Below, one piece after another: positions 8,314-17,970 of a stretch of 36,074 nucleotides of DNA. Numbering within the stretch: position 1 is the stretch's first letter; every line of letters starts with the position of its first letter. The notes below the pieces were generated by a model that saw only the letters and a program-made list of their open reading frames with translations, made no database searches and was not told the origin of the DNA. The stretch lies in the IMG/VR virus record IMGVR_UViG_3300045988_089796; one strand, given 5' to 3'. This stretch comes from a virus. Made by a program: the position numbers and the translations under genes.

Positions 8314-8630
8314 TCAAAATCTTTTCCTACTAGTACAGAGAAGATTTCGGTAACCACTATAAACGGCAGTTCATCAACGTCTTCTGCTTGCATGTCCACT
8401 AGTTCTTTACCAGTGTCGGTCTCGATGTATACCTTACCTCGCACGAACTTCTTTTTCACCCATTCTACCGTCTGAGCGGATAACTGAGCCTTGTCTGCCT
8501 CGTCAAGGTTTGAGTTGGCGAACTCTGCCATGTCTTTGGTCAACATTGGTGAGACGATGACGTAAGCTCCGTCCCAGCCGTCAATCAGTTTACCGATATC
8601 TACTTTCTTGTTAAGTGCTAAACGTCCCAT
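8235..8630 (-). CDS. Tail assembly chaperone (gpG-like, zero-frame product)
   Basis: 131 aa and acidic. It lies between the major tail protein and the tape measure, and contains the slippery heptamer CCCAAAA. Confidence 0.7.
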   Translation of the reverse strand: MGRLALNKKVDIGKLIDGWDGAYVIVSPMLTKDMAEFANSNLDEADKAQLSAQTVEWVKKKFVRGKVYIETDTGKELVDMQAEDVDELPFIVVTEIFSVLVGKDFDPKASATAQSVVSEPTSVVAGTEVLS

Positions 8631-8647
8631 ATTCCTCCTTATTCTTA

Positions 8648-9631
8648 TTAAGCGTTGTAGTTTGCTTTGGTGTTAGTCAAAACTGCCTCAATAGCCTTAC
8701 CCTTGGTTGCGTCTAGTTCGATACTGAACGATAACGTCTGCTCAATAACTGCGTCTAGGTCGTTTGAGGTACTCCATTCGCTCACTCGCACCTTTGGCGC
8801 TTTAATCTTGATACCAGGGTGAGACTTCGTACCGATTTGAACCTGCTTGTTCTCGATGCTCACTTCCATAGCCTGAGCGGTGTTGTTGTAGTACTTGTTC
8901 TCCCAGTCTTGGTTTGTGTAAATCAACACCATCTCGCCTGTAAGCTCATATGCTCCTGTGTGGATGTCTGTAATGTCGATAGAGTCGTTGCATGCCAAGT
9001 ATGTATTCGCATTGCGGTTGATAGTTATCTTGAAGCTCTTACATGCAACTGGGGCGGCTGTTGCCAGTCCTGCCTCGTCGTTCGCCATCTTTACGGATAG
9101 GTTGCGGCTTGTGAACTCGTTCTCTTCGATGAATGCTACAGTGTTTGAGGTGTCTGTACCCATCTTTGCCAAAATATCGCAGTTCACCTTTACCCAATCG
9201 CCAGCCTCAACTGATAATTCCATCTGGCTCAAGGTACCCAAAGCGTGGCGTCGGTCTGAGTTCGGGTCTTTACGCGCAATAGTCATAGTCGGCGGTGTTT
9301 GCAACTGGTTAATTGTGAATGAGTGTTCATACACAGTAGCGTCGTCCGCTTTCTTCTGTGAATTCACTGTACCGAAAATGTTAGCTAACAGATAACCAAC
9401 TCCGATGTCAGTTACTTTACCCTCTAGCTGTCCCTCTGCCCACTGAGACACGATTGCTGAGTCGTTAATCTTCTCAACGCGTCCCATTGCGCTTTCGTTC
9501 TGAATAGCCGTGGTTTTGCGTCCAAAACTCAATGATAAATGCCTAAACCAGTAGCTCGGTGCTACCGCTGTGCCTCGGGTGGTTTCGTTTCCAACTCCGA
9601 CTGATACTCGCCTACCAATAAACTCTGCCAT
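8648..9631 (-). CDS. Major tail protein
   Basis: 327 aa with a strong RBS. It sits upstream of the chaperone and tape measure, and its composition is beta-rich. Confidence 0.6.
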   Translation of the reverse strand: MAEFIGRRVSVGVGNETTRGTAVAPSYWFRHLSLSFGRKTTAIQNESAMGRVEKINDSAIVSQWAEGQLEGKVTDIGVGYLLANIFGTVNSQKKADDATVYEHSFTINQLQTPPTMTIARKDPNSDRRHALGTLSQMELSVEAGDWVKVNCDILAKMGTDTSNTVAFIEENEFTSRNLSVKMANDEAGLATAAPVACKSFKITINRNANTYLACNDSIDITDIHTGAYELTGEMVLIYTNQDWENKYYNNTAQAMEVSIENKQVQIGTKSHPGIKIKAPKVRVSEWSTSNDLDAVIEQTLSFSIELDATKGKAIEAVLTNTKANYNA

Positions 9632-9778
9632 TTATTTGTTCTCCTTTTGTTCGTTTTTATCTTCTATCGCTTCTTCTAAGCTCTCTGCTTCCACCACTTC
9701 GCCAGTCTCTGGCATAAAATATTTTCGTTTGGGGGTGATGATTTCTTGTGAGATATCTTTCTTTTTCTTTTCGTCCAT
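9632..9778 (-). CDS. Small acidic/basic hypothetical protein (48 aa)
   Basis: The ATG at 9778 follows AAGAGGAAAAGGAAAGAG. The translation is MDEKKKKDISQEIITPKRKYFMPETGEVVEAESLEEAIEDKNEQKENK. Its stop abuts the major tail protein ATG. The ORF falls below the length cut-off of the ORF track. Confidence 0.35.
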   Translation of the reverse strand: MDEKKKKDISQEIITPKRKYFMPETGEVVEAESLEEAIEDKNEQKENK

Positions 9779-9807
9779 ACTTCTCTTTCCTTTTCCTCTT
9801 TATCTTA

Positions 9808-10251
9808 CTACACTTTGCGTGAATATTTAACAGTTACGGTCATTCTGAACACCAGATTGATACCGTTATTCATTTCTAACAGTTCATAACCTCCGTATGT
9901 AACTTGAGTTTGCAACACGTTGACCAGGTTCTCCCAGTCGTATTCTTGTAACTTGTCCATGATGAGGTCTTGTAGGTCATACATAGTGTTGTACGCTTCC
10001 TCCTCACTCTCTGGGGTCTCGGTCATTTCTATATGAGTTAAGAGGGTGAACTTCGCCATTCTCTCGTCGCTACGGTTAGTCTCCGTTTCGTTGTCCACAT
10101 CATCAGGTAAGACTCGGATTGAGGGGTAAGCCTCGAATATCTGGAAGCTCGAACCTGCCACCTCCTGGATTTCCGTTCCGTTCTCGGTAGGTTTGAGGGT
10201 TTTTAATGCTCGTATGAGTGAGTTTTTGATATCTTTGGTTATGAACTGCAT
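9808..10251 (-). CDS. Tail terminator / tail completion protein
   Basis: 147 aa. Assigned by position, between the gp10-like protein and the major tail protein. Confidence 0.45.
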   Translation of the reverse strand: MQFITKDIKNSLIRALKTLKPTENGTEIQEVAGSSFQIFEAYPSIRVLPDDVDNETETNRSDERMAKFTLLTHIEMTETPESEEEAYNTMYDLQDLIMDKLQEYDWENLVNVLQTQVTYGGYELLEMNNGINLVFRMTVTVKYSRKV

Positions 10252-10261
10252 ATTTCTCCTT

Positions 10262-10717
10262 TCATAAAATCTTCTCTATAATCCTATTCATTCCGCGGTT
10301 AAAATCGTCCAGTACTTCACCATCCACATCTGACAAGGTTCTCTGCAAGTATGGATGAGGCTTCGTTCCCTTTTTCGCAATCGCTCGTTGCATTGCGTAA
10401 GGGTTGATACCTTTCATCCTCGACCACTGATACAAGGGCGTTCCTCTTTTCACAGACACCCAGTGCGGTTTCGTTCCGTACTCGTGAGGGGCTGCGTGTT
10501 TGGCTGCTGGATACACTGAGACGGTTAGGAAGTTCTCGAACGTGTACCTGATTGACTTCTTCAGTTCTCCCGACACACCCGTGTTCACCTTTCTACGCAT
10601 AATCCCCTGAGTTTGGATACCAGCACGCTCTAGCATTGAGTGCGTTCCCTGCTTGATAGTGTCTGGGGCGCGTCCTAAGGCTGTCTGAAAGGCTCTGTCG
10701 TCAATCTTGACCCGCAT
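10262..10717 (-). CDS. HK97 gp10-like tail/neck component
   Basis: I favour the start MRVKIDDRAFQTALG (ATG at 10717, 1 nt after the upstream TGA, GAGGGA RBS). The track ORF extends to 10747. The motif AAKHAAPHEYGTKPHW is typical of the HK97 gp10 family. Confidence 0.6.
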   Translation of the reverse strand: MRVKIDDRAFQTALGRAPDTIKQGTHSMLERAGIQTQGIMRRKVNTGVSGELKKSIRYTFENFLTVSVYPAAKHAAPHEYGTKPHWVSVKRGTPLYQWSRMKGINPYAMQRAIAKKGTKPHPYLQRTLSDVDGEVLDDFNRGMNRIIEKIL

Positions 10718-10718
10718 A

Positions 10719-11036
10719 TCATTTTCCCTCTGTCGACGTACAGGCAAGCTCTAAATGGCTCACAGGGGGCTGGTTCACATACCGCTTAATTCCCTGCACG
10801 TACATTGTAAGACCAATCACCTCCAACTTGTCGCCTGATTTCACGTCTGCGTTCACATCACAGTACACAGTGTAAGCTTGTCCTATGTCGTATCCATTCG
10901 CCACCGCGTCTTTGTCAGACATTGGCTGAGCTAGACATTTAATCACAGAACCGGTTTCAACGTACCGCCTCGCAATTCCCGTCCCGACTTGTGATTTTCG
11001 GAAGACTTTCGCGCTGTGGTTCAACAATAACATCAC
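10719..11036 (-). CDS. Head closure / head-tail joining protein
   Basis: 105 aa. Size, position and pattern (AQPMSDKDAV...YTVYCDVNADVKSGDKLEV...YVQGIKRY) match head-tail joining proteins. Confidence 0.55.
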   Translation of the reverse strand: MMLLLNHSAKVFRKSQVGTGIARRYVETGSVIKCLAQPMSDKDAVANGYDIGQAYTVYCDVNADVKSGDKLEVIGLTMYVQGIKRYVNQPPVSHLELACTSTEGK

Positions 11037-11620
11037 ACTCTCCTTAGTCTGTACGCGTTCAGTATCATCGCCACCGAACCCTGCTCGCCCACTCCTGAGC
11101 CGCTCTGTGAGCCGCCAGAGACATTTCCTGTACCCGAACCGTATGTTACAGAATAACCGCCTGTAGACGCACTAGAAATGGTTTTAGAGCCATTCTTGTT
11201 ATTCAGGTTGTCCTCAATCATCTGAGACGCAGCTAATAGCACGTCCGTCGGCACTTCTCCGTCGTCATACTGGGTTGTGTACTTCACTTTCACCTGGTCA
11301 TAATCTCCACGGTCGCCCTTGAATGAAGTTCCTGTCGTGCTTAACACAATCCGTCCCTGAGAGTTCCAACTGAACTCTTTAAGTCTCTCGCCTCGAACTT
11401 CCACGTACTCTATCGACTTAATGTCCACGTGAGGCAAGAATACGACTGGGTCATAATCTAACACTACCTCAAAGGTCTTTGGCTCTCCGAACACCCGTCC
11501 AGTGTAGCCCTCAATCCATCTATTTACTGCCTCAACGTGCAACTTCATACGTTCTCCCTCTTCCATAGAGAACGTCTTTCCCGTGATTTGCTCTAATTTC
11601 TCTACAGTGATTGCTCCCAT
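11033..11620 (-). CDS. gp6-like head-tail connector (DNA-packaging) protein with a Gly/Ser-rich C-terminus
   Basis: 195 aa. The N-terminus (ITVEKLEQITGKTFSMEEGERMKLHVEAVNRWIEGYTGRVF) has the gp6-like connector pattern. Confidence 0.55.
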   Translation of the reverse strand: MGAITVEKLEQITGKTFSMEEGERMKLHVEAVNRWIEGYTGRVFGEPKTFEVVLDYDPVVFLPHVDIKSIEYVEVRGERLKEFSWNSQGRIVLSTTGTSFKGDRGDYDQVKVKYTTQYDDGEVPTDVLLAASQMIEDNLNNKNGSKTISSASTGGYSVTYGSGTGNVSGGSQSGSGVGEQGSVAMILNAYRLRRV

Positions 11621-11660
11621 AAGTTCATTCCACCTTTCCTGGGTATTTTCTTCTGATTAT

Positions 11661-11686
11661 AGCAAAAACTGCCACAATGGGCAGTT
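11661..11686 (-). terminator. Rho-independent terminator after the capsid gene block
   Basis: On the minus strand, AACTGCC-cattgt-GGCAGTT forms a 7-bp stem followed by TTTGCT. It lies about 30 nt downstream of the stop of ORF 11719..11901. Confidence 0.5.
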
Positions 11687-11718
11687 CATGCTTAGTAGGT
11701 TCTCAGTGCGTTTTCACA

Positions 11719-11901
11719 CTATTTCTTTTCTACTTTCTCTTCTACTTTTTCTTCAGCTTTTTCAGCCTTGACTTCAACATACGGCGTTTCGATATCGCGT
11801 GCTTTAACAGCTTCATCGACGCGTGCTTGTTCGTCGTTGCTCAGGTTCACCACATCACCTTTGCAGTATGGGTAGATATCAGTATTGAACTTTACTAACA
11901 T
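11719..11901 (-). CDS. Small head-associated hypothetical protein with a Lys/Glu-rich tail
   Basis: 60 aa with an AAGGAGGAAAT RBS, directly after the major capsid gene. Confidence 0.5.
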   Translation of the reverse strand: MLVKFNTDIYPYCKGDVVNLSNDEQARVDEAVKARDIETPYVEVKAEKAEEKVEEKVEKK

Positions 11902-11950
11902 ATTTCCTCCTTGGTTGAGGGGGAAGTCTCCTCCCCCCGTCTATCTTTTA

Positions 11951-13027
11951 CTATTTAACCTTGGTCAATTTTGCGAAGCTCTCGCTCATGATTGGCAAAC
12001 CAGCCACTCGCTTGAAGATAACAAGGCTAATCTTGTCGCTCTCAAGGTCTGTACCTGTCGTACCAAACTTAATGCGTGTAGCCTCACGGTCGCCGATTAG
12101 GTAGTTCTTAAAGTCGCCGAACCAGATTTCTGTCTCATTCGTACCTGTACCTAGGTTCTCTGGGATTTCAGAGACTTCATACACTGGTCGTCCTAACAGA
12201 GTTGCAGGTGCACCCTCGGTCAAGCTTGGCAAGTAGATTGGTCGACCTGCGTTGTCTTTCAAGGTCATAATCAAGCCTAGAGCCTTAGTGCTTACTACGA
12301 AGACTGAGTTTGCACGGTAAGCCGCGTTCACTTTCAGGGTCAACTTAACTAGGTCGTCCCAAGCAAGTGTTGCACCAGCCTGTTGAAGTTCAGCAGGTGT
12401 GATTTTTGAGCTACGGAAGCCAAACGGTTTGCCGTTTCCATCGCCACCTACAAACGCTGCGTTCTCGTTGATAGCCAAGCTCAATGCAAAACGGTCAGCC
12501 ACAAAGTTCTGAAGACTTGGAGTTACAGCGGTGTCTGCCAAGCTCTCGTATGTGAACTTACCAAATCCACCCAGTTTGTGAGCTTTCATCTTAGCAACGT
12601 CAAAGGTTTGCTTGCTCTCGGTTGGGGCTACACCCTCACTTACCCAGTAAGTTGTCGGCAACGTACCCTCGAGAGGTAGTGTCAAGTTTGCTGGCATATT
12701 CGACAGAACAGTTGCGATTTGGCGGATTGGGCTTAATACTCGCAACTTCTCACGGATTTGTGTGTCAAGAGTTGTAGGTACCAAGTAACCACCGTCAGCG
12801 TCCGTTCCGATACTCTGACCCTTAGCCTTGTAGTCCTTTTCAAACTCTGAGTTCAGTTCTCGCAATTCGGCTACGTCCTTGTTTGCCAAAGCTTTGTAAA
12901 ATCGGCTGTTCAAGTCTTTCTCGCGGTCTTCTTCTTTGGTTTCCTCACCTTTACCCACGACTGCGTTTTTTGCTGTTGCAGCTGCTGCTTCTTTTGCTTT
13001 CTTGGCTGCCAATTCTTTGATTGTCAT
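11951..13027 (-). CDS. Major capsid protein (HK97 fold)
   Basis: 358 aa. It follows the prohead protease. The N-terminal delta-like helical region (KELAAKKAKEAAAATAK) and the motif GGYLVPTTLDTQIREKL are typical of HK97-family capsid proteins. Confidence 0.85.
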   Translation of the reverse strand: MTIKELAAKKAKEAAAATAKNAVVGKGEETKEEDREKDLNSRFYKALANKDVAELRELNSEFEKDYKAKGQSIGTDADGGYLVPTTLDTQIREKLRVLSPIRQIATVLSNMPANLTLPLEGTLPTTYWVSEGVAPTESKQTFDVAKMKAHKLGGFGKFTYESLADTAVTPSLQNFVADRFALSLAINENAAFVGGDGNGKPFGFRSSKITPAELQQAGATLAWDDLVKLTLKVNAAYRANSVFVVSTKALGLIMTLKDNAGRPIYLPSLTEGAPATLLGRPVYEVSEIPENLGTGTNETEIWFGDFKNYLIGDREATRIKFGTTGTDLESDKISLVIFKRVAGLPIMSESFAKLTKVK

Positions 13028-13043
13028 CTATTTTTCCTTTCTT

Positions 13044-13970
13044 CTATTTTTCTTGTTCTTCTTTGAGGGCTTTTGCGAACTCTTTCGCAAACTCTTCCTC
13101 TTGCTCTGGAGTTAGCTCGGTGTCCTCATCTACCTCATCAGCCCCAGAGTGGTCGTTCTCGCCCTCTTTAGCTGTGTCAGTTTCTGATTTCATCTGCTTT
13201 TCACCCTCGGCTTCCTGATTGTCGGTCTCATCTTCGTCAGCGTCCTCGTTGCTCTCCGCACCGACCTTGTCAGCTATTGCGTCTAGTTTTTCAATAACTG
13301 GGGCAAACGCCTCGTTGAGGGCAGTTCCCAACGCCTCTACAATCTTCTGAATGTCTTCGTCGCTCATTGTTTTTGTGTTCCTTTCTTGTTCTTCATCTTT
13401 ATTTTTATCACTATCTAGTTCTTCTTGCAACAGTTGTGCCTCTTTACTCATAGAATCAATCATGAACCGTGCGTCTTTCCGTGAGATTGTCCCGTCTTTG
13501 TACGCTAACGCTACCGCACGTGGATTGGCAGGAATAGGCACGATAGAGAACTCTAGCAGTTCGTTGTCGGCTAAAACGTCCTTGTCATCATCACTGGTCT
13601 TAAAGGTCTTAGGTATGAACCCCACGGATACTGTACGAAGAATACCAGCTTTAACTTGATTAAACACCATGTCAGCTTTCGGGTTTATTCCCTCATCACT
13701 GAACTTCACGGTAGATTTGGTTCGGGTTACGTCATCGTCGCCTTTCTCCGTTTCCAGTCCTAGAGATGTTCCCAAGACGTTCTCTGGCTCGTCGGGATTA
13801 TGTCCCCAAAGTACTATAGGGTTGTTCTCGTAGTTACCTGTGTCCCACGACTGCTCGACTATCTCGTCCATACGGTCAACTTGGTCGTCAGAGATGATGA
13901 ACTGAGCCGTTCGCTCTTTCTCGTCCACGGACACTGATTTTGAGGTGAATAGTTTGGTGATTTTTCTCAT
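13044..13970 (-). CDS. Prohead protease (HK97/S78 type) fused to an acidic scaffold-like C-terminal region
   Basis: 308 aa. Protease motifs are PIVLWGHN, RTVSVGFIPK and LLEFSIVPIPANPRA. About 130 aa of the C-terminus are D/E-rich and helical. Confidence 0.8.
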   Translation of the reverse strand: MRKITKLFTSKSVSVDEKERTAQFIISDDQVDRMDEIVEQSWDTGNYENNPIVLWGHNPDEPENVLGTSLGLETEKGDDDVTRTKSTVKFSDEGINPKADMVFNQVKAGILRTVSVGFIPKTFKTSDDDKDVLADNELLEFSIVPIPANPRAVALAYKDGTISRKDARFMIDSMSKEAQLLQEELDSDKNKDEEQERNTKTMSDEDIQKIVEALGTALNEAFAPVIEKLDAIADKVGAESNEDADEDETDNQEAEGEKQMKSETDTAKEGENDHSGADEVDEDTELTPEQEEEFAKEFAKALKEEQEK

Positions 13971-14003
13971 GTTCGTTTTTTGTTCTCCTTTCCCTTAATC
14001 TTA

Positions 14004-16139
14004 CTACAAATCTTTCATGACGGGTAGTAGCACACAGCGACATCTCACATGCAAAGGTTGATGAGCGATATCCTCATAGTTGAAGTTCAACACTGCGTCG
14101 CTCTTGTTCTCTCTCGGCACTACCATGCTGTCGCCCTTGTTATAGAAGTTGTCGTCGATTGAGACTGTTCTGTTATGCATAGCTCCGCAAAACTTACACA
14201 CTCGTTCGTCTTTACTCGTATACCAGCGCTTGGCGGTTACTTGTCCCGACTGCCTCCACGCTTCCACATCGGCAAAGCCTTGACTTCTCGTGGTTTCACT
14301 CTCGGCTATTTTGTAGGCTCGGTCTTGTGCGGCGTATCCGAATATCTGATTTACGGTCTCGGTCAGTTCATGGATACTGTCCCCGTTCATCATTCCCTGA
14401 GATAGGGCAGCTCGTATCTGCTTCTTGGTCTCGTCGGTGATGGTCTTTGAGGCTTTCAGTGGTTCTGCTTCCAAGAACCTCTGTATCCTGAGTGAGAATG
14501 GGTCAAAATCTGGTAAGTCGGTCAGGTTCAACGCCTCCAGTGCGTCTTTCCCCGTTTCCTCGATAATCATCGTGTAGATATGCTTCATCGTCTCCGCGAA
14601 CTCCGATTGGTACTTCTCCCAGTCCGCCATATCGTCCAACATTTCCTTCTTTTGCTTCTGTGAGGCTGTAGGATACGTTTTGAGGGCGTTTCCCAACCAT
14701 TTCAATACATCTTCCCTCTGAGCGTTAAACATCGCCTTAGAGGCTCTTAGAATGAGGTTTTCGTAGTTCCTCGCTCTCCGCGTGTACAATACAGATTTCG
14801 CTTCCCCGATGGCTTCTATCTCGTCCGTCTCTTCACCTTTTTTTAGGCTTTTCTCACCCTCCTCTTCGTCAGGTGTAGTCTCGGGTGTAGGTTGTGATGT
14901 AGTCTCGGGTTTCGTCATTTCGGCTATCACATCAATCGGCACTTCATTGAGAGGTCGATACAGAACCGCTCCTGCTCCGTTCTCCAACGGTGGTAGTCCT
15001 CGCTTCTCTCTGATTTCGTCAATCGTCAACCATTTGTTAATTCCCTGAGTATCCTCTGCTAGGGCTTGGGTCTTATCTTCTGGTACTGGGTTCACAAAGT
15101 CTATCTCTAGTGCTGGGTCGTATTTCTCCACCAGTTCCACATTCAACAGCTCTTTCAGTCCTCGCACTCGTGGCAAGACTACTCGCTTTGCCATTGTATA
15201 ATCTTGAGCCTCAGCGTTGGCTCGGTTCACGTCCTCTGTCATTCCCACAATCGACGGTGAAGTTCTGAACATCGCGAATATCTCGTCTTTTGAGAACTTT
15301 CTCGATTCTAGGAAGTCCAGGTCTTGCTGGTTGAGAGAGTACGGCACTAGCTTAGCTCCGCCCTCCAGGATAATCTGCTTAAAGGCGTTATCACTGCCCG
15401 CATGAGCTTCGTCCATTTGCTTACTCAATCTCTGGTAGGTTTCGTCGGTCATGACGTCAGGTACTTCTAGCACTGCTGATGGTCTGGCTGCGTTGGCGAA
15501 TAAGCCTCGGTTCCATTCTCGCATACGATAATCAGTGTCTAACACCATTGCTGAAGCCTTGATAATACTACGTCCTTGATACGGATTGTCTGGGTCAGGA
15601 TTGATATCCCGAATAAAACAATCAAGCGGGATATCTCGTCCCAGGAAGTTCACCATGCTGTCCTCTCGACTTTCTCCAAGTTTCAAGTTCGCAAGGTGAG
15701 ATGGTATCACGTGTAAAGCATGAGGTATCTGGTTAGAGTCTGCGTCCATGATTTCGCCGTTTCGCATTTTCAGGATGTAGACTTCTCCCGTTAAGTTCAT
15801 GTACTGGTAGTACAAACTCCAGAACTGAGAACCTCTGAGCCAGCCGTTCGGTCTCTTCAATAAGTCTAGTATTTCGTGGTCGAAGATTTCCTCGCGGTCG
15901 CCATTCTTTTTTCTCTTGTAAAGTTTCAATTCAATTGAGGCACATTCCTCAGCAATAGCAGAGTTAGCCGCAAACACCCAGCCTATGTTAGCTCTCAGTT
16001 GAGACTGTTTTGATGAATAGTTATTCACACGTGAGCTTCCACTGAAGTTTCCACTCAGATATTTGTCTAGGTCAATATGAGGTACGTCCTGGAATACTGT
16101 CCCTCCTATTAGATTCTTGATTACTCTCTGCATTCTCAT
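14004..16139 (-). CDS. Portal protein fused to a Mu F / SPP1 gp7-like minor head domain
   Basis: 711 aa. The first 400 aa or so are portal-like. The C-terminal 250 aa or so (IRAALSQGMMNGDSIHELTETVNQIF...ESETTRSQGFADVEAW...WYTSKDERVCKFCGAMHN) match the head-morphogenesis Mu F pattern. Confidence 0.8.
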   Translation of the reverse strand: MRMQRVIKNLIGGTVFQDVPHIDLDKYLSGNFSGSSRVNNYSSKQSQLRANIGWVFAANSAIAEECASIELKLYKRKKNGDREEIFDHEILDLLKRPNGWLRGSQFWSLYYQYMNLTGEVYILKMRNGEIMDADSNQIPHALHVIPSHLANLKLGESREDSMVNFLGRDIPLDCFIRDINPDPDNPYQGRSIIKASAMVLDTDYRMREWNRGLFANAARPSAVLEVPDVMTDETYQRLSKQMDEAHAGSDNAFKQIILEGGAKLVPYSLNQQDLDFLESRKFSKDEIFAMFRTSPSIVGMTEDVNRANAEAQDYTMAKRVVLPRVRGLKELLNVELVEKYDPALEIDFVNPVPEDKTQALAEDTQGINKWLTIDEIREKRGLPPLENGAGAVLYRPLNEVPIDVIAEMTKPETTSQPTPETTPDEEEGEKSLKKGEETDEIEAIGEAKSVLYTRRARNYENLILRASKAMFNAQREDVLKWLGNALKTYPTASQKQKKEMLDDMADWEKYQSEFAETMKHIYTMIIEETGKDALEALNLTDLPDFDPFSLRIQRFLEAEPLKASKTITDETKKQIRAALSQGMMNGDSIHELTETVNQIFGYAAQDRAYKIAESETTRSQGFADVEAWRQSGQVTAKRWYTSKDERVCKFCGAMHNRTVSIDDNFYNKGDSMVVPRENKSDAVLNFNYEDIAHQPLHVRCRCVLLPVMKDL

Positions 16140-16181
16140 GTCGTTTTCCTTTTTATTTTATCTTATATCTATTAGTATAAA

Positions 16182-17570
16182 TCACAAAACTCTTATCTGA
16201 TATTGCTTTTGTTTCTCTTGCCATAAAGCTAGTGCATTACTCCAGAAGCTGTCTCCGTGTCCGTCTACGCTTTCAAAGGCTTGTAGGTCAGAGGTAACAG
16301 CTAGGATTTGGTCAGTTTGGCGTGTATCGTTTATAAGCTCTAAATTCCCACTTAAGACTATGGATTGCATGCTTGCTGCCATTGAATTCTTGGACTTCAT
16401 ACTGAAATGTACAGGTTTCATTTCTCGCGGTACAAGACCTTGTTCTTTAAAGCCCTCAAACTCGCCTCGCGTGTCGTCGTAGCGTAAAACATCAATCTTG
16501 TACAGTTCGATAGCATGAGTGAGATATTCCAGCTGTTTTTTGTAGTCCCAACCGTCTAGCCATTTGCTTAATAATTGTTTGTAGTGCGTTCCGTCTTTGT
16601 CCTCCCACGTCTCGAATACAGAAAAATGAGCTGGGTGTGTGTGTTTGCCTATGTCATACCCCGCTACGACGTCGTGAGAGCCGCTGTAAGACGCTTGGTT
16701 GATTAAAGATGGGTTAATACACGTTATGAGTTCTTTACGGCTTATATAGCTGTCCTCAGAGTATGATGGCTTGGCTCTGTATTCCTGGTTGAACGACTTC
16801 TCTCCGATTGTACGTCTGATAGCCTCCAGTTCGTCGAAAGATTTCCACTCAGGGAATAGAGCTATACGGTTAGCCTCGTCTTTCATCGCGTCTAGGATTA
16901 CGACGTCAAATCTCTCTCTCAGTCCCTCGTCAAAGAAAAAGTCTGAGTACGTTTGAGGCGTTCCGACTACCCTACACTTTCCGTCTTTCTTGACCATAGC
17001 GTAGATTTCAAGTTTTATCACGTTGTTGATTTTGTGAATTACGGTCGGGGCTAGCTTGTTCTCTGGGTCTTTGAGGGGGTCGTCAATGTAAATCCTCTCA
17101 GCGTGAATACCGCGCTTAAATGATAGAAGTCCCTCTGGTACGAACCACACCCTGGCTCTGCCGTTGTGAAAATCCACGGTAGACATCGACTGAGTGTTTA
17201 AGTTAGTGCAAAACGTGAAGAACGGGTTAATCTCTATCATTCGCTTGACCTTTGATAAATGATACGAACTCATTCCCGCTTGATAAGAAAAATAATGACC
17301 CTCAATGTCTTTCTCAGCTGTAAAGATGTCATACATGATTTCCGCATACAGTCGGGTAGATTTGAAGTGGTCTCGAGCTGTAACGTCCATTGTCCAGTCA
17401 TGCTCTTCCAGTCTGTCTGCCACAAAGTCGATGTATTCACCCGTGATAAAGTGTTCAAAACTCGCCTTAAAAACATGATTAACAAAGAACTTAAATCCGC
17501 CTGGCTTTTTACAGCGTCGGCGGACAAGCTCTATTTTGGCTTTTGCCTGTTTCTGGGTCATTGGAACCAC
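16182..17570 (-). CDS. Terminase large subunit
   Basis: 462 aa, upstream of the portal. It has an ATPase-region motif (VTARDHFKSTRL), a Walker-B-like motif (ERIYIDDPL) and a C-terminal RNaseH-like nuclease region (VVAGYDIGKHTHPAH...DGHGDSFWS). Confidence 0.85.
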   Translation of the reverse strand: MVPMTQKQAKAKIELVRRRCKKPGGFKFFVNHVFKASFEHFITGEYIDFVADRLEEHDWTMDVTARDHFKSTRLYAEIMYDIFTAEKDIEGHYFSYQAGMSSYHLSKVKRMIEINPFFTFCTNLNTQSMSTVDFHNGRARVWFVPEGLLSFKRGIHAERIYIDDPLKDPENKLAPTVIHKINNVIKLEIYAMVKKDGKCRVVGTPQTYSDFFFDEGLRERFDVVILDAMKDEANRIALFPEWKSFDELEAIRRTIGEKSFNQEYRAKPSYSEDSYISRKELITCINPSLINQASYSGSHDVVAGYDIGKHTHPAHFSVFETWEDKDGTHYKQLLSKWLDGWDYKKQLEYLTHAIELYKIDVLRYDDTRGEFEGFKEQGLVPREMKPVHFSMKSKNSMAASMQSIVLSGNLELINDTRQTDQILAVTSDLQAFESVDGHGDSFWSNALALWQEKQKQYQIRVL

Positions 17571-17578
17571 GACCGCTC

Positions 17579-17968
17579 CTACTCTTCTTCAGTAGCACTT
17601 GCACCGTCAGCAATTTTCTTCAGTTCGTCGTCCGTGAGATTGTCGAACGCTTCCACTTGTCTTATTTCAGATTCTGTACGTGTCGCGAACTCCTTACGCT
17701 TCTTCCTCTCTAGTAACCATTGAGCTGTCTTCACATCCTCTTTCTCCAGAGATTTCACCACGACCTGACGTGCTAATAATACAGGTTTCTCTTTAAGTCC
17801 TGCCTTTTCCTCGATGAACTCGGGATTGGCATTTTGGTAGTTGTAGAGTGTCGATAAAGCCACATCCGCATAAACACAGGCTTCTCTGTCTGAGCAACCG
17901 ATACTAAAAGCTTGGCGTAGTTTCTGTAGTTTCTCGTCAGTCATTGTTGACTTTCTTCCTGCTGTCAT
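17579..17968 (-). CDS. Terminase small subunit (HTH type)
   Basis: 129 aa, immediately upstream of TerL. The N-terminal HTH is CSDREACVYADVALSTLYNY. Confidence 0.65.
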   Translation of the reverse strand: MTAGRKSTMTDEKLQKLRQAFSIGCSDREACVYADVALSTLYNYQNANPEFIEEKAGLKEKPVLLARQVVVKSLEKEDVKTAQWLLERKKRKEFATRTESEIRQVEAFDNLTDDELKKIADGASATEEE

Positions 17969-17970
17969 GA

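Noticed and set aside
11915-11945. G/C-rich hairpin (GGGGGA-ggagact-TCCCCC) after the capsid gene as a terminator
   Set aside because: No U-tract follows, and it is immediately followed by the SD of the next gene. It may be an mRNA stabiliser, but it is not a convincing intrinsic terminator.
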